A DNA stretch of 64,000 nt from Eledone cirrhosa. Lineage: Eukaryota. The notes below the pieces were generated by a model. The model ran no database searches, was not told where the DNA came from, and worked only from the letters and a program-made list of their open reading frames with translations. Both the position numbers and the translations under genes were made by a program. Positions 24,746-38,040 of the stretch are shown one piece after another. Location of the stretch: positions 118,606,001 to 118,670,000 of the forward strand of contig OZ024745.1 in NCBI GenBank assembly GCA_964016885.1, written 5' to 3'. Position 1 is the first letter of the stretch, and each line of letters opens with the position of its first letter.

Positions 24746-26027
24746 ACAGTGTGGACTGGGTGCTTTTGTCATGACACCTGCATGACAACTTTACAGTGTG
24801 GACTGGGTGCTTTTGTCATGACACCTGCATGACAACTTTACAGTGTGGACTGGGTGCTTTTGTCATGACACCTGCATGACAACTTTACAGTGTGGACTGG
24901 GTGCTTTTGTCATGACACCTGCATGACAACTTTACAGTGTGGACTGGGTGCTTTTGTCATGACACCTGCATGACAACTTTACAGTGTGGACTGGGTGCTT
25001 TTGTCATGACACCTGCATGACAACTTTACAGTGTGGACTGGGTGCTTTTGTCATGACACCTGCATGACAACTTTACAGTGTGGACTGGGTGCTTTTGTCA
25101 TGACACCTGCATGACAACTTTACAGTGTGGACTGGGTGCTTTTGTCATGACACCTGCATGACAACTTTACAGTGTGGACTGGGTGCTTTTGTCATGACAC
25201 CTGCATGACAACTTTACAGTGTGGACTGGGTGCTTTTGTCATGACACATATATGACAACTTTACAGTGTGGACTGGGTGCTTTTGTCATGACACCTGCAT
25301 GACAACTTTACAGTGTGGACTGGGTGCTTTTGTCATGACACATATATGACAACTTTACAGTGTGGACTGGGTGCTTTTGTCATGACACCTGCATGACAAC
25401 TTTACAGTGTGGACTGGGTGCTTTTGTCATGACACCTGCATGACAACTTTACAGTGTGGACTGGGTGCTTTTGTCATGACACCTGCATGACAACTTTACA
25501 GTGTGGGCTGGGTGCTTTTGTCATGACACATATATGACAACTTTACAGTGTGGACTGGGTGCTTTTGTCATGACACCTGCATGACAACTTTACAGTGTGG
25601 ACTGGGTGCTTTTGTCATGACACATATATGACAACTTTACAGTGTGGACTGGGTGCTTTTGTCATGACACCTGCATGACAACTTTACAGTGTGGACTGGG
25701 TGCTTTTGTCATGACACCTGCATGACAACTTTACAGTGTGGACTGGGTGCTTTTGTCATGACACCTGCATGACAACTTTACAGTGTGGACTGGGTGCTTT
25801 TGTCATGACACCTGCATGACAACTTTACAGTGTGGACTGGGTGCTTTTGTCATGACACCTGCATGACAACGTTACAGTGTGGACTGGGTGCTTTTGTCAT
25901 GACACCTGCATGACAACTTTACAGTGTGGACTGGGTGCTTTTGTCATGACACCTGCATGACAACTTTACAGTGTGGACTGGGTGCTTTTGTCATGACACC
26001 TGCATGACAACTTTACAGTATGGACTG
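24746..26027. repeat. 47-bp minisatellite, 27 near-identical units
   Basis: Unit ACAGTGTGGACTGGGTGCTTTTGTCATGACACCTGCATGACAACTTT; (26015-24746)/47 = 27. Confidence 0.97.
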
Positions 26028-26319
26028 AAAATGTTCTCACAACACTGAGCAGATTCAATAGTTGTGTAGAAAACTAAATCACTTGTTCATGAAGATCTTC
26101 TTATTGATAATGATGGTGTTAATTCGCCCCAGATCAGCACTGACTCAGCAGATGTAGGATCAAATATTCCACCCATGACCACCACATAATATTCATATCA
26201 TGTATTCAATATGTTCTTTTCCTTTTTTTAAAAATGGTAGAGTAAAATTTGAGGGAAGTTTTGCTGCTATTTCTAGCAAGTCGAACAGCTCCAGAGAATC
26301 ACCTCATAGGTTCTAATGC

Positions 26320-26811
26320 TGAGGATGATGGTAGTGGCGAAGATGATAGAGATGATGATGGCTGTAGTGATGATTTGGTTGGTAGTGTGGTGTGTTGGCA
26401 ATGTTGAATATAGAGGATGAGGAGGTGATGATAATGATGGTGGTGGTGGTGGTGGTGGTGATGGTGATGATGGTGATGATGGTGATGATGGTGAATTATG
26501 CAATGGTATTGATAACAGGACAAGTGGTCATGAGAATAATGATGATGACAATGATAAGAGATTATGTTGATTGATGATGGCGATGGTGATGATGATGATG
26601 GCAATGATAGTGATGATGATGATGATGGCAATGATAGTGATGATGATGGTGATGGCGATGATAGTGATGATGATGATGATGACAATGATAGTGATGATGA
26701 TGGCAATGATAGTGATGATGGTGATGGCGATGATAGTGATGATGATGATGATGGCGATGATAGTGATGATGATGATGGCGATGATAGTGATGATGATGAT
26801 GGCAATGATGG

Positions 26812-26843
<32 letters not shown>

Positions 26844-26896
26844 GCAATGATGATGATGATGATGATGGCAATGATGATGGTGATGATGATGATGAT
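26320..26896. repeat. (GAT)n-based compound repeat with GGC(A/G)ATGATAGT modules
   Basis: Direct reading of the sequence. Confidence 0.9.
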
Positions 26897-27334
26897 AAAC
26901 CACGTTGACATGTTATGCAGTGAATGCAGCCCTCACAGAATAGGTACTGTTGACAGATGGTAAGATGACATCTAACACAAACATGTGGCACACATGACAA
27001 CAATCAGGTGCTGCAGCCCCACCACCCACCACCCCACCCCTCCATAACACCAACAACAGCAGCAGCAGCAGCAATATCGGTTGACATATTGAAACAAAAT
27101 AATTATATTGAATTTTCATAAGAATATACGAATAGAGAATTATGTAAAAAACATGAGAGGGGAAGTATATGTAATCTATTTTGTAGGAGAGAGAAAGAGA
27201 GGGGGGGAGATGATGTGATGACACCGACACTCCCAACTAACACAACATACATAAAGATATACACAAATACAGTGTTTGTATACATATTCAGCCATCAAAT
27301 ACAGAAGAAATACAGTGTGTATAATATATACATG

Positions 27335-27510
27335 GGTGTCTAGAGGAAAACCACGAAAATCATGGATGGAGGTGGTGAGAGCTGGCCTCAGATCGCTGAA
27401 GCTCATGGAGGAGATGACAAAGGACTGTGACGAATGGAGAGATGCTGCTCTGAATAGGACACGTCCCACTCTTGCAAGCAGGGAAAAGCAGACGTAAAAA
27501 TGATGAAGAT
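27335..27510 (+). mobile_element. RTE family 1 short 3' fragment
   Basis: RGKPRKSWMEVVRAGL...CTTGCAAGCAGGGAAAAGCAGACGTAAAAATGATG. Confidence 0.8.
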
Positions 27511-27554
27511 GTGTATAGATAGACTACACATATATACACAAACATGCATGTGTA

Positions 27555-28010
27555 TCACCATCATTGTCTAACGTCCATTTTTCAATGCTAGCATGGGTTA
27601 GTCAACTCATCCCATTGTGAGACAGTCAAATCAGGAGACCATGTCTTGTTCATACAGAATTGGTTCTGGCTTAGTTTCTATGGCTGGGTGCCCTTCCTAA
27701 CACCAATCCATATTTACAGTGTGTGCTGGGTGCTTTTTGTCGTGACACCTACACGACCACTTTACAGTGTGTTGGGCACTTTTTGCCGTGTCGCCTACAT
27801 GACCACTTTACAGTGTGGACTGGGCGCTTTTTGCCGTGACGCTTACATGACCACTTTACAGTGTGTGCTGGGTGCTTTTTGCCATTACACCTACATGACC
27901 ACTTTACAGTGTAGGATGTGCGCTTTTTGTCGTTACGCTTACATGACCACTTTACAGTGTGGGATGAGCACTTTTTGCCGTGACGCCTACATGACCACTT
28001 TACAGTGTGA
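27555..28010 (-). mobile_element. Family B SINE with about 6.5 diverged 48-bp internal units
   Basis: SINE tail at 27555-27710, then ACCACTTTACAGTGT recurring every 48 bp to about 28008. Confidence 0.85.
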
Positions 28011-28181
28011 GGTGGGTGTTAAATGCAAATCGCAGAAGTTCCTCAACTCACTTATGGAAAACGACTTTCAGGCCAGATTCCAAAAGTAGCAGAAACGCTA
28101 GGACTGGTGTGCAAGGTGACTATTTCAAAAGAGATGGTGTTATAACTTAGGTAAATATATTAGTTTTTTTTAAACATAACA

Positions 28182-28246
<65 letters not shown>

Positions 28247-28248
<2 letters not shown>

Positions 28249-28400
28249 CATCATCACTGTTTAACATCCATTTTTCCATGCTAGCATGGTTTAAATGAGT
28301 TGTCCCGTTGTGAGAAATGCCAGGTCAGGTGACCATGTCTTGCTCATACAGGACTGATTTTGGCTTGGCTTCTACAGCTGAATGCCCTTCCTAATGCCTG
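28247..28400 (-). mobile_element. Family B SINE 3' part, preceded by (TA)n at 28184-28246
   Basis: Family tail motifs present. Confidence 0.75.
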
Positions 28401-28807
28401 ATGACTGTGACAAACAGGTGAAACTTTAGAGTAACAAGACTCACTATTTAGCCTGAATAAAATGAATATACAAACTCTACTTCAGTATTGAGTACACTTT
28501 TTTCTCAGCCGTCAACCACATATGGAGATATATATATGTGTGTGTGTGTCTATAAATATATATATGTATCTATATGCGCATGTGTGTGTGGTGTGTGTAT
28601 ATATATATATTTATAGTTATGTCACTCAATATATTTTATGGCCAACTGAATTATCTCCCCTTATGTCAATCTCCTCAAACCTTTGAAGATTGTGTGCCAG
28701 CGTGGCAGCAGTTTAACAACAAACTAGTGAAAGAAAAAACATTACATTCATCCACTATAAATTTTCTGGAGTACACTGCACACCCAGAAACACACACACA
28801 CACTCTC

Positions 28808-28849
<42 letters not shown>

Positions 28850-29011
28850 CAGTTCACTTACACAGCAACACACATATGCACATAGACATACACAGTAACC
28901 GAAAGAGATATAATTAGGTCACAAGCATAACCAAGTTTTGTTTTTATCAAAAACTATTGAGTAAAAATTAAACAATGGTTGTTTGGGTGGCTGTGGTGGT
29001 GTGTGAAAGGC

Positions 29012-30010
29012 CACACACAGAACTGCCATTAACATACACACCACATATAGAAACCTACACACACACAGAACTGCCATTAACATACACACCACATATAGAA
29101 ACCTACACACACAGAACTGCCATTAACATACACACCATATATAGAAACCTACACACACACAGAACTGCCATTAACATACACACCATATATAGAAACCTAC
29201 ACACACACAGAACTGCCATTAATATACACACCATATATAGAAACCTACACACACACAGAACTGCCATTAACATACACACCATATATAGAAACCTACACAC
29301 ACACAGAACTGCCATTAACATACACACCATATATAGAAACCTACACACACACAGAACTGCCATTAACATACACACCATATATAGAAACCTACACACACAC
29401 AGAACTGCCATTAACATACACACCATATATAGAAACCTACACACACACAGAACTGCCATTAACATACACACCATATATAGAAACCTACACACACACAGAA
29501 CTGCCATTAACATACACACCATATATAGAAACCTACACACACACAGAACTGCCATTAACATACACACCATATATAGAAACCTACACACACACAGAACTGC
29601 CATTAACATACACACCATATATAGAAACCTACACACACACAGAACTGCCATTAACATACACACCATATATAGAAACCTACACACACACAGAACTGCCATT
29701 AACATACACACCACATATAGAAACCTACACACACACAGAACTGCCATTAACATACACACCATATATAGAAACCTACACACACAGAACTGCCATTAACATA
29801 CACACCACATATAGAAACCTACACACACACAGAACTGCCATTAACATACACACCATATATAGAAACCTACACACACACAGAACTGCCATTAACATACACA
29901 CCATATATAGAAACCTACACACACACAGAACTGCCATTAACATACACACCACATATAGAAACCTACACACACACAGAACTGCCATTAACATACACACCAC
30001 ATATAGAAAC

Positions 30011-30044
<34 letters not shown>

Positions 30045-30243
30045 CTGCCATTAACATACACACCACATATAGAAACCTACACACACACAGAACTGCCATT
30101 AACATACACACCACATATAGAAACCTACACACACACACACACACAGAACTGCCATTAACATACACACCACATATAGAAACCTACACACACACAGAACTGC
30201 CATTAACATACACACCACATATAGAAACCTACACACACACACA
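29012..30243. repeat. 48-bp minisatellite, 25 units, with variable (AC)n
   Basis: Unit AGAACTGCCATTAACATACACACCA(T/C)ATATAGAAACCT(AC)n. AGAACTGCC counted 25 times. Confidence 0.97.
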
Positions 30244-30333
30244 AACACCATGACAACAAACTAATGACTGCAATACAAAATCCATGTATGGAATGGCTGG
30301 ATTACGTAATGAAATGAGAGACAGCTGGACGGC

Positions 30334-30359
30334 TATGTATGTATGTATGTATGTATGTA

Positions 30360-30455
<96 letters not shown>

Positions 30456-30616
30456 CATACAGAACACTGGGTAGATAGAAATAGTAGTACTAAGAAGTAC
30501 TAACATAATTCAATATAAGTTTTTTGAGGGCAAAATGTATTCAGGGAACTGTAACAGTCCAATTCCCACAACACTGACAGACTGACAGACAGACAGACAC
30601 AGAGTGACAAACAGAC

Positions 30617-30647
<31 letters not shown>

Positions 30648-30676
30648 CAGATAGATAGATAGATAGATAGATAGAC

Positions 30677-30711
<35 letters not shown>

Positions 30712-30725
30712 CAGATAGATAGAAA
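30334..30725. repeat. (ATGT)n(GT)n and (GATA/GACA)n microsatellites
   Basis: Tracts at 30334-30453 and 30576-30725. Confidence 0.9.
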
Positions 30726-30886
30726 GATAAGACAAACAGGATTGGCACAAAGAAAGGACCCCATGATGAATGAGAATCTTGTCATTGGGGCCTGCAAGTC
30801 TAACCACTACATCAGTGGAGAAAATACTCTTAAAATGCTTATTGTTGATGTACATGAATAAATACATATGGTGAGTAGACAGACAA

Positions 30887-30923
<37 letters not shown>

Positions 30924-31701
30924 CTGTTGCCAAAGATACATTGCATTTATAACAATATATTTTACAGAACTGTGTAGAATTTATCAGAGAATGTATATTT
31001 GATAATTCAAGCAGAATGATGTAAAATGTATTACATTACCATTTTATATATTGGAAACAACACATCAGGGTAATATCAATTTGTAATAGAAACAAATTTA
31101 TTGACAATTAATTAAGAAAATTATGTGAGCAAAATAAGCTGCATAAAACCAATCAAAATAGCTGACACTGTACATGAATGCGAGGCCTACTGCACAAGAA
31201 TAATTACTTATTTTAGATCCATTTGCAATGTTTGCAAGGGATGGACAAGTTGTCTTGATCTGAGATTAGATGGGGTGGAGAACCGCATCTTGTTTATACA
31301 TTCCATTTCTGTCATGGTTTCTATGTCTTGATGCCCTTACTAACCACTGTACAAGGTGTACTGGGTACTTTTTTATTATGACACCAACACAAGAGAGTTC
31401 ATTGTGTCATCAACACAACTAAAATGTCCTCTCAACCCTATATCATCTCAGTTTGATTGCTACCACTTTAGAGAGTGGCACCAATACTAATGAGTTTGCC
31501 TTGGGGCTAGCAAGATTTAAAGATACTCAGAACCATACACAGCCTTCATTCAATCAAGGCAATGTGGCAAATGTCCTCGTTTAAGTCCAGTTCAGAACCA
31601 TGTACTCATGCAGGATAAGTTGACAACCAGTTAATAATCAGGTCAGAGGAATGTAGTACAGATTTAAACACTGGAATCTCTTTGAGGCTCTAAAGATTAG
31701 A

Positions 31702-31900
31702 TTAACCCTTCAGCATTTAAACCGGTTGAATCCAGCCAAAATTCTCTCCCCTCTTTCTGCTTAAACCGGACATAACTGGCCACTCACATTAATATTAAAG
31801 TATTGTTCTCAAAATAAATAATATCAAAATCTCATAGATTCAATATTATGTGAAGTAAAACTTTTACTACAAAGATACAATAGAGTAATGTAAATGCTAA
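31702..31900. mobile_element. piggyBac-type MITE
   Basis: TTAACCCTTCAGCATTTAAACC end plus family interior. Confidence 0.8.
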
Positions 31901-31977
31901 TAGTCCGAAAAATTGTAATCTTATTACCAACAACTCATTTTAGACAGCTTACATCATCTAAAGTTTTTTGCTGATAT

Positions 31978-32280
31978 GCATGCATGGTCCCATAACTCCC
32001 AAGAGTCATACGGTTTTTCTAGGGTATATTTTAAACCTGGTGGAGCCCAGCTCTTCTGCAGGTTTGAATATAACAGATTTCTTCCAGAGAAGGATAGAGA
32101 GAGTGAGGAAATGGAAGTAAAAAAAGAGATATAGAGGAAGAATCAACCCCAGTACTTGACTGGTACTTTTTTTTATCAAACTCGAATGGATAAGAGGCAA
32201 AGTTGACCTCTTCGAGAATTGAACTTGGAGAGCAGAGAGCTAAAACAAATACCACAAAGCATGTTAACAACTCATCGGCA
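31978..32280 (-). mobile_element. Family A2 Meta-domain SINE
   Basis: TTTTAAACCTGGTGGAGCCCAGCTC tail plus Meta core. Related copies at 35375-35597, 47595-47720 and 61665-61935. Confidence 0.75.
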
Positions 32281-32445
32281 CAAAACCTGATGCTTTTAGA
32301 AAAAGGAATCGAAAATAACTTGTCATTCATGTCTGTTTCAAAAGACATTTGCAACGTGATATAGATGTGATTTCTTTCCACTTCAGTAACTTCTTTCCTT
32401 ACAGAGGTAAGCAATTTGAGATCCCTACAAGATAAATTATAGAAA

Positions 32446-32735
32446 TGTGTGGCCTAGTGGTAAGGGTGTTGGACTTATGACCATCATGTTGCAGGTTCAA
32501 TTTCCTGGACTGGGTTGTGTGTTGTGTTCTTGAGCAAAACACTTCATTTCACATTTCTCCAGTATACGCAGCTGTAAATGAGTACCAGCAATAGCTAGGA
32601 GTTTAACTCTGCGATGGACTGGTGTCCTGTCCAGGGGGAGTATTGTACTCTCAGTTGCTTAATGCCATGGAAACTGGGATAAGCACCGACCTGATGAGCC
32701 TCTGGGCTTGAGACAGACTTTAGACTTAGACAAGA
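32446..32735 (+). mobile_element. CORE-like SINE (family C, tail type 2), full length
   Basis: A box TGGCCTAGTGG, B box GGTTCAATTTCC, CORE-like TGTTCTTGAGCAAAACACTT, tail CTGCGATGGACTGG...GGGATAAGC...AGACTTTAGACTTAGAC. Partial copy at 46455-46600. Confidence 0.8.
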
Positions 32736-32948
32736 TAAATTAGAGCAACAGCACTAGTGGTTATCACTAACATACCACAGTTAAGGATATCATCCCAGTA
32801 TTATATCATTAATATGGAGCAGTGTAATGACAGGCCTGATAAAGTGGCAGTTTAATGCTCTACAGGTGTTCAGTTGTGTTGCTATCTTAACAATCACTTC
32901 ACTTCTTTTCTCTTTTCAAGCTATAAAACTGATGTTGTGACACAAGTA

Positions 32949-33222
32949 CAGTAGAACCTCGCAGTACGACTGTACCCCATTGTACCAGTAATTTGCTGTG
33001 TGACCAGAGGCTCCTGCATAGTAGGAGTGGAAATCCACAGTGCAAGCGAGTTTCATACAATTAATAAAACCAGTTTACATATTTCTTTTGCATTCTCTTT
33101 TATTGTTTTTATAATTGTCATTTTCCTTGTAACTGCACTTTTTCTGTTTTAAAACCCATAAAAAATTATTTTGGGGTGGTTTGGGGTGACTGGAACGGAT
33201 TATTTATATTTTAATTAATTTC
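32949..33222. mobile_element. Tigger-like DNA transposon fragment truncated by an RTE
   Basis: TA|CAGTAGAACCTCG end and an internal GGAACGGATTATT motif. Only one terminus is seen. Confidence 0.45.
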
Positions 33223-33224
33223 AA

Positions 33225-33580
33225 GCGGCTGCAATGGGATTCCTCCAAAGGGTCTTTGGTGTAACATTACTCGATAAAGTACATGGCTCGGGGAACAGGT
33301 AGAGCCGTTACTTCTCCAAATTGAGAGATCACAGCTCCGATACTATGGCCATGTGGTTAGAATGTCTCAGGATAGAATCGCTGGACAGATTTTACAAGCA
33401 AAACCAACCGGCAGGAGTAGATCTTGAGCAAGATGGATAACATTCATGAGCTTGGCTGGTCACGCTTGGGGTTCCAACCAGATTAGTTGGAGACGGTTGC
33501 TTCTGATAGGACCCACTAGAAGCAGTGTTTGAGGAATCTGCCCCTATGACCCTCTCAGGAATAAGTAGGTGAAGAAGATC
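33225..33580 (+). mobile_element. RTE family 2 3' fragment
   Basis: Colinear with 16720-17105. Confidence 0.85.
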
Positions 33581-34671
33581 GAACTCAAAAGGATAAAAGA
33601 CAAAGTTGACCTTGGCATGATTTGAACTCAGAGCAGAGAATAAAAAACACTGCAGAGCATTCTATCCAACAGTCTAATGACGCAGCAAATTCCCTGCCTT
33701 ATAAATGTGTTTATATTTATCTAAAAAACCTCCTATCATAATTTTATGTAGAAAACTGTTAATTTATGCTGAAAACACCAGATTAAAAATGGGTAAAAAT
33801 AGTTTATTACTAAATACTTCAAAATTTTTTATTATTTTCAAAAATGATTTGAAAACCATAGGTAGTATTTTTCATTAGAAATATGGTAACTAAAGGGTTA
33901 AACTTACAATATATTTTCAAATTATTATTATTTGAAAGAATGAAGTTTGTTTGGAAAGGTGAAGTGATCAACGTTGGTAGCTGTGGTTTTGATAAGATTC
34001 AGTCTTGATTTCTTGTGAAACATTTGTGGGGTTATGGAAGTGTTGCTGGAAGTATGGAGAGCAGTGACATCACATGTGCAGCAGGGGTTTAGGACAGCAT
34101 CTGCTTTTTCTTTAACTGACATAGAGGGTAGACACATCTGTAAGTGAGCTCTAGGTAAACCCGAGAATTGCTAATCAGAGTTTCAGTAAGTAGAGTTTCA
34201 CAGAATTATGCCATGTGATAACAGCGATATATTAGGGCAGGAGTGGCAAGGTAGGCAATTTACATTTCCAAATTCACATTCTTAACAACAGCACATTTGT
34301 TAATTCACTTTATTCAACAGTAGCTTAACTTTGTAGAGTAAACTACTTTGTTGCTTTTTTACTTTCTCATATTTTCTTTCCTCCTCCCCCCATTTTTCTT
34401 CTTTTTTTTTTAAACTCTGCCAACAGGTGAAGGTATATTGCAAGCAAAGTCAACACTTTGATGTGAAGATCAAATACTGAAATCTCTTTCAGAATAAAGG
34501 AGTGATCACAAATTAGAAATGCTGAAGAAATGCTTAGATGTATAACCTGTTTTTATGTCCTATATAACTGATCTAACCAGGCTGATAGGGTCCACACAAC
34601 ACCAACAACAGATTTGATAGCATATAGCTCTCACACATCCTTAGATTTACTTACCCAATTCCCATGCACCT

Positions 34672-34930
34672 TCCCCAGTCTACACTGTAAAATGGCCTTG
34701 TAGGTGACATAACAAAATGCACCCAGCCAACACTGTAAAGTGGTCATGTAAGTGACATAACAAAATGCACCTGGCATTAGGAAGGGTATCCAGCCGTAAA
34801 AACCAAGCGAAAATCAGTTCTGTATGAACAAAACACTGGGCATCTGATCTGGCTTGTCTCACAATAGGACAACTTGTCTAACCCATGCTAGCACGGAAAA
34901 ATGGACATTAAGTGATGATGATGATGATGA
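34672..34930 (+). mobile_element. Family B SINE with 2 internal 48-bp units
   Basis: ACACTGTAAA.TGG...GTGACATAACAAAATGCACC occurs twice; (GAT)n tail. Confidence 0.8.
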
Positions 34931-35102
34931 TAGCAAAACTTACAAGCTAACTTTTGATTGCTTTAAAATTGGTATGTCATGTGTTTAGCCTGAAATCAGC
35001 TCTGAACAATGTTATGATCTATACCACGTGTCATCTGCTTGCTGAGGATAATTCTGATCACTAAAGTTCCATCAACAAACACCATCATACAATTGCAAGA
35101 GA

Positions 35103-35327
35103 TTAACCCTTTAGTATTCATACTGGCCAGAATTCTCTCACCTATTTCAGTTCAAACCGGCTGTAACTCACCACTCATGCCGACGTTAAGGTATTGTTCT
35201 CAAAATAAATAATATCAAAATTATCGATTTGATATTATGTGAGATAATGATGTGAGGTAAAGCCTTTACCATGAAAATATAATAGTAAATATATTAAATA
35301 TAGAGTAAAGTAATGCTAATAGGTTAA
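35103..35327. mobile_element. piggyBac-type MITE
   Basis: TTAACCCTTTAG ... GGTTAA. Confidence 0.8.
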
Positions 35328-35786
35328 AAAGAAGAGTAAAAAAAAAAACGTATCAATATGCATACTTACAGGCATATGCATGCATGGTCCCGGAACTCCT
35401 GTGGGAGTCATAGGGACGCAATATTGACATGTGGCATTTCAAGGACATCTTTAAACCTGGCAGAACCCATCTCCTCTCCAGGTCTGAATACAGCAGATTT
35501 CTTCCAGAGAAGAATAAAGTGAGTGAGAGAGTGGAAGTGAAAAAGATATATACTTTTTTTTATCAACCTCAAATGGAAGAAAGGCAAAGTTGACCTCATA
35601 TACATACATCTATATCCACACATATACATACATGTTCATGTATTCACACATTATATAAGGAATAGAGCCCCTGAGAATGATGAAAGGGTGATCTAATGGA
35701 AGCAGTGTAAAAGATGTATGACAGTGAACACATAACAATATGTGTCCAGGAGTAGTTTATAGTAAAAATAAAAATTAAAATGTTTC

Positions 35787-36413
35787 TTAACCCTTTAGCA
35801 TTTACATTACACTATATATAATGTTATATTTTCATGGTAAAGGCTTCCTCACATAATAATGGATCTATGAGATTTTGATATTATTTATTTTGAGAACAAT
35901 ACCTTAACATCAGTATGAGTGGCCAGTTATGGCCAGTTTAAACAGAAAGAGGTGAAAGAATTCTGGCCAGATATGGCTGGTTTAAATGCTAAAGAGCTAA
36001 CATTTAACCTTTTAGCATTAACATTTTACTATATTTACTATTGTATTTTCATGGTAAAGGCTTTACCTCACATAATATTGAATCTCTAAGGGAGGTGGAG
36101 CGGCAGTATCGGTAGATCGTCGGACGCCATGCTTTGCAGCATAGAGTTACGGCCCTTTACGGTTTGAGTTCAAATCCCACCGAGGTTAACTTTGCCTTTC
36201 ATCCTTACGATGTCGATAAAATAAAGCACCAGTAACGTACTGGGGTAGATTTAATCGACTTTCCCCTCCCCCCAAATTACTGGCCTTGTGCCTATACTAG
36301 AAATCATTATATTGAATCTATGAGATTTTGATATTATTTATTTTGAGACTATGAGTGGCCAGTTACAGCCAGTTTGACCAGAAAGAGGTGAAAAGATTCT
36401 GGCCAAGGGTTAA
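35787..36413. mobile_element. Two adjacent piggyBac-type MITEs (35787-36000, 36004-36413), the second interrupted by a SINE
   Basis: TTAA-bounded family copies. Confidence 0.8.
36089..36310 (+). mobile_element. Family A SINE nested in a MITE
   Basis: TSD ATATTGAATCT at 36075-36085 and 36309-36319. Confidence 0.9.
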
Positions 36414-37027
36414 TGAATAGTAGGATTAGCAGCAAAAATGTTGTTGTTTATATTTAACAGAGGTAAACCTTAGTTAGACAGATCTGTGATGAAAAGTAGT
36501 TCAGATATAGCCATGCTATCTTTTTTATGGGATCAGGCTTGTCATATATGGAAAGGTATAGTATGTACAAAATGTTCATTGGTAACAATGAATATATTTA
36601 ATGCTAGTATGATGTGTTGACAGAGTAGTGATGAGTGTGTAGAAAGTAATGAATGATTTGTATTGGCTATAGTGATGTACACTGATGACAGCCACATAAT
36701 TACAGTGGTGTTTGTAATGATGCAGATATTAGCTGTACTAGTAGTGTGGATGGTAATTTTACCATCCCACTAATACTCAAACAGCTTAGTTGCCTGCTAC
36801 CAAAAGTGATGGTGAGGAAGTGAAGGTCAAAATATGCAGTATGATAGGAGAGAGAATAAAGATGAAGAGTTGATACATATGCCAATGTTCTAAGACTTCA
36901 CATAAAAGACAAAAAAAAGAATGTTTTGTAGTTTATTTGAAGCATTGTGTAAAGTGTTGTAAATAGTTTGTTTTTTTTTTTGTTTTTTTTTCTACTTTTG
37001 AGGGCTACAACTATGCAAACAGGATGT

Positions 37028-37245
37028 TTAACGCTTTAGCATTCACAAGAAGGGAAAAATGATGATGATGATTACCCAATATTTACTATTGTATTTTCAC
37101 AGAATATTGAATCTATGAGATTTTGATATTATTCATTTTGAGAATAATACCTTAACATCAGTATGAGCAGAGAGTTACGACCGGTTTGAATAGAAAGAGG
37201 GGAGATAATTTTGGCCGGATATGGACTTGTTTAAATGCTAAACTA
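37028..37245. mobile_element. piggyBac-type MITE, rearranged
   Basis: Family interior at 37078-37240. Confidence 0.7.
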
Positions 37246-37429
37246 ATTAAAAGTAATGATAAAGTTGTCAGAATGTTAACCCGGATGTGTTTAACAGTCC
37301 TTAATATTTTAGGATATAACCCCTTCATCAAAAGAAAATTTGGCAAAACTAATTCAAAGCAAGATATGATTTCTGTAAACTCCTTAAAAAAAAAAACACT
37401 ATTTCCTAAAACATATATCAGAAAATAAC

Positions 37430-37725
37430 CTACTACTTCTCCAAATTAAGAGATTACAACTCCGATACTATGGGCTGGGCATGTGATTAGAATGTCTTAG
37501 GAAAGAATCGCTGGACAGATTTTACGGGCAGAACCAACTGGCAGGAGACCCAGGGGTAGACCCTGAACAAGATAGTTGGATGATGTCTATAAAATTGGGC
37601 GGTCTCGTTTGGTGATCCAGCCGGATCTGTTGGAGACAGTTGCTTCTGACAGGACCCGCTGGAAGGAGTGTTTGAGGACTCTGGCCCCATGACCCTCTCA
37701 GGAATAAGTGAGTGAAGAAGAAGAG
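37430..37725 (+). mobile_element. RTE family 2 3' fragment
   Basis: Colinear with 16815-17105; (GAA)n tail. Confidence 0.85.
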
Positions 37726-37759
37726 AAGATGTTATTAGCAAATAATAGTAATATAGAAG

Positions 37760-38040
37760 ACCCGACTTCCCACGGGTACAAGCCGAAGGTGAAGCATATA
37801 GGCAATATACCCCACCCCTCCCACTGCAAAGTGGTCGTGGAGGTGTCACAACAAAAAAGCCCAGCCCACACTGTAAATGAGGTTGGTGTTAGGAAGGACA
37901 TCCAGCTGTAGAAATTAAGCCAGAATCAGTTCCCGTATCAGCAAGACAAGGTCACCCAACCTGGTATTGCCCACAACAGGACAACCCGTCTAACCCATGT
38001 TAGCATGGAAGAATGGACGTAAAACGGTGATGATGATGAT
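37760..38040 (+). mobile_element. Family B SINE with a single internal unit
   Basis: CCACTGCAAAGTGGTCGTG...CACACTGTAAATGAGGTTGG...(GAT)n. Confidence 0.8.

Noticed and set aside
24746-26027. CRISPR-like palindromic repeats
   Set aside because: Head-to-tail units without spacers, derived from a SINE interior.
26564-26908. Asp-rich ORF resembling acidic molluscan shell-matrix proteins
   Set aside because: A (GAT)n microsatellite with no signal peptide or splice context; other frames are equally open.
28975-29796. 273-aa repeat protein (HRTAINIHTIYRNLHT)n
   Set aside because: The 48-bp unit is a multiple of 3 by chance, and (AC)n length variants break the frame.
34019-34145. Possible exon ending at a GTAAGT donor, or pogo transposase remnant (MEVLLEVWRAVTSHVQQGFRTA)
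   Set aside because: No acceptor, short, and the similarity is too weak to call.
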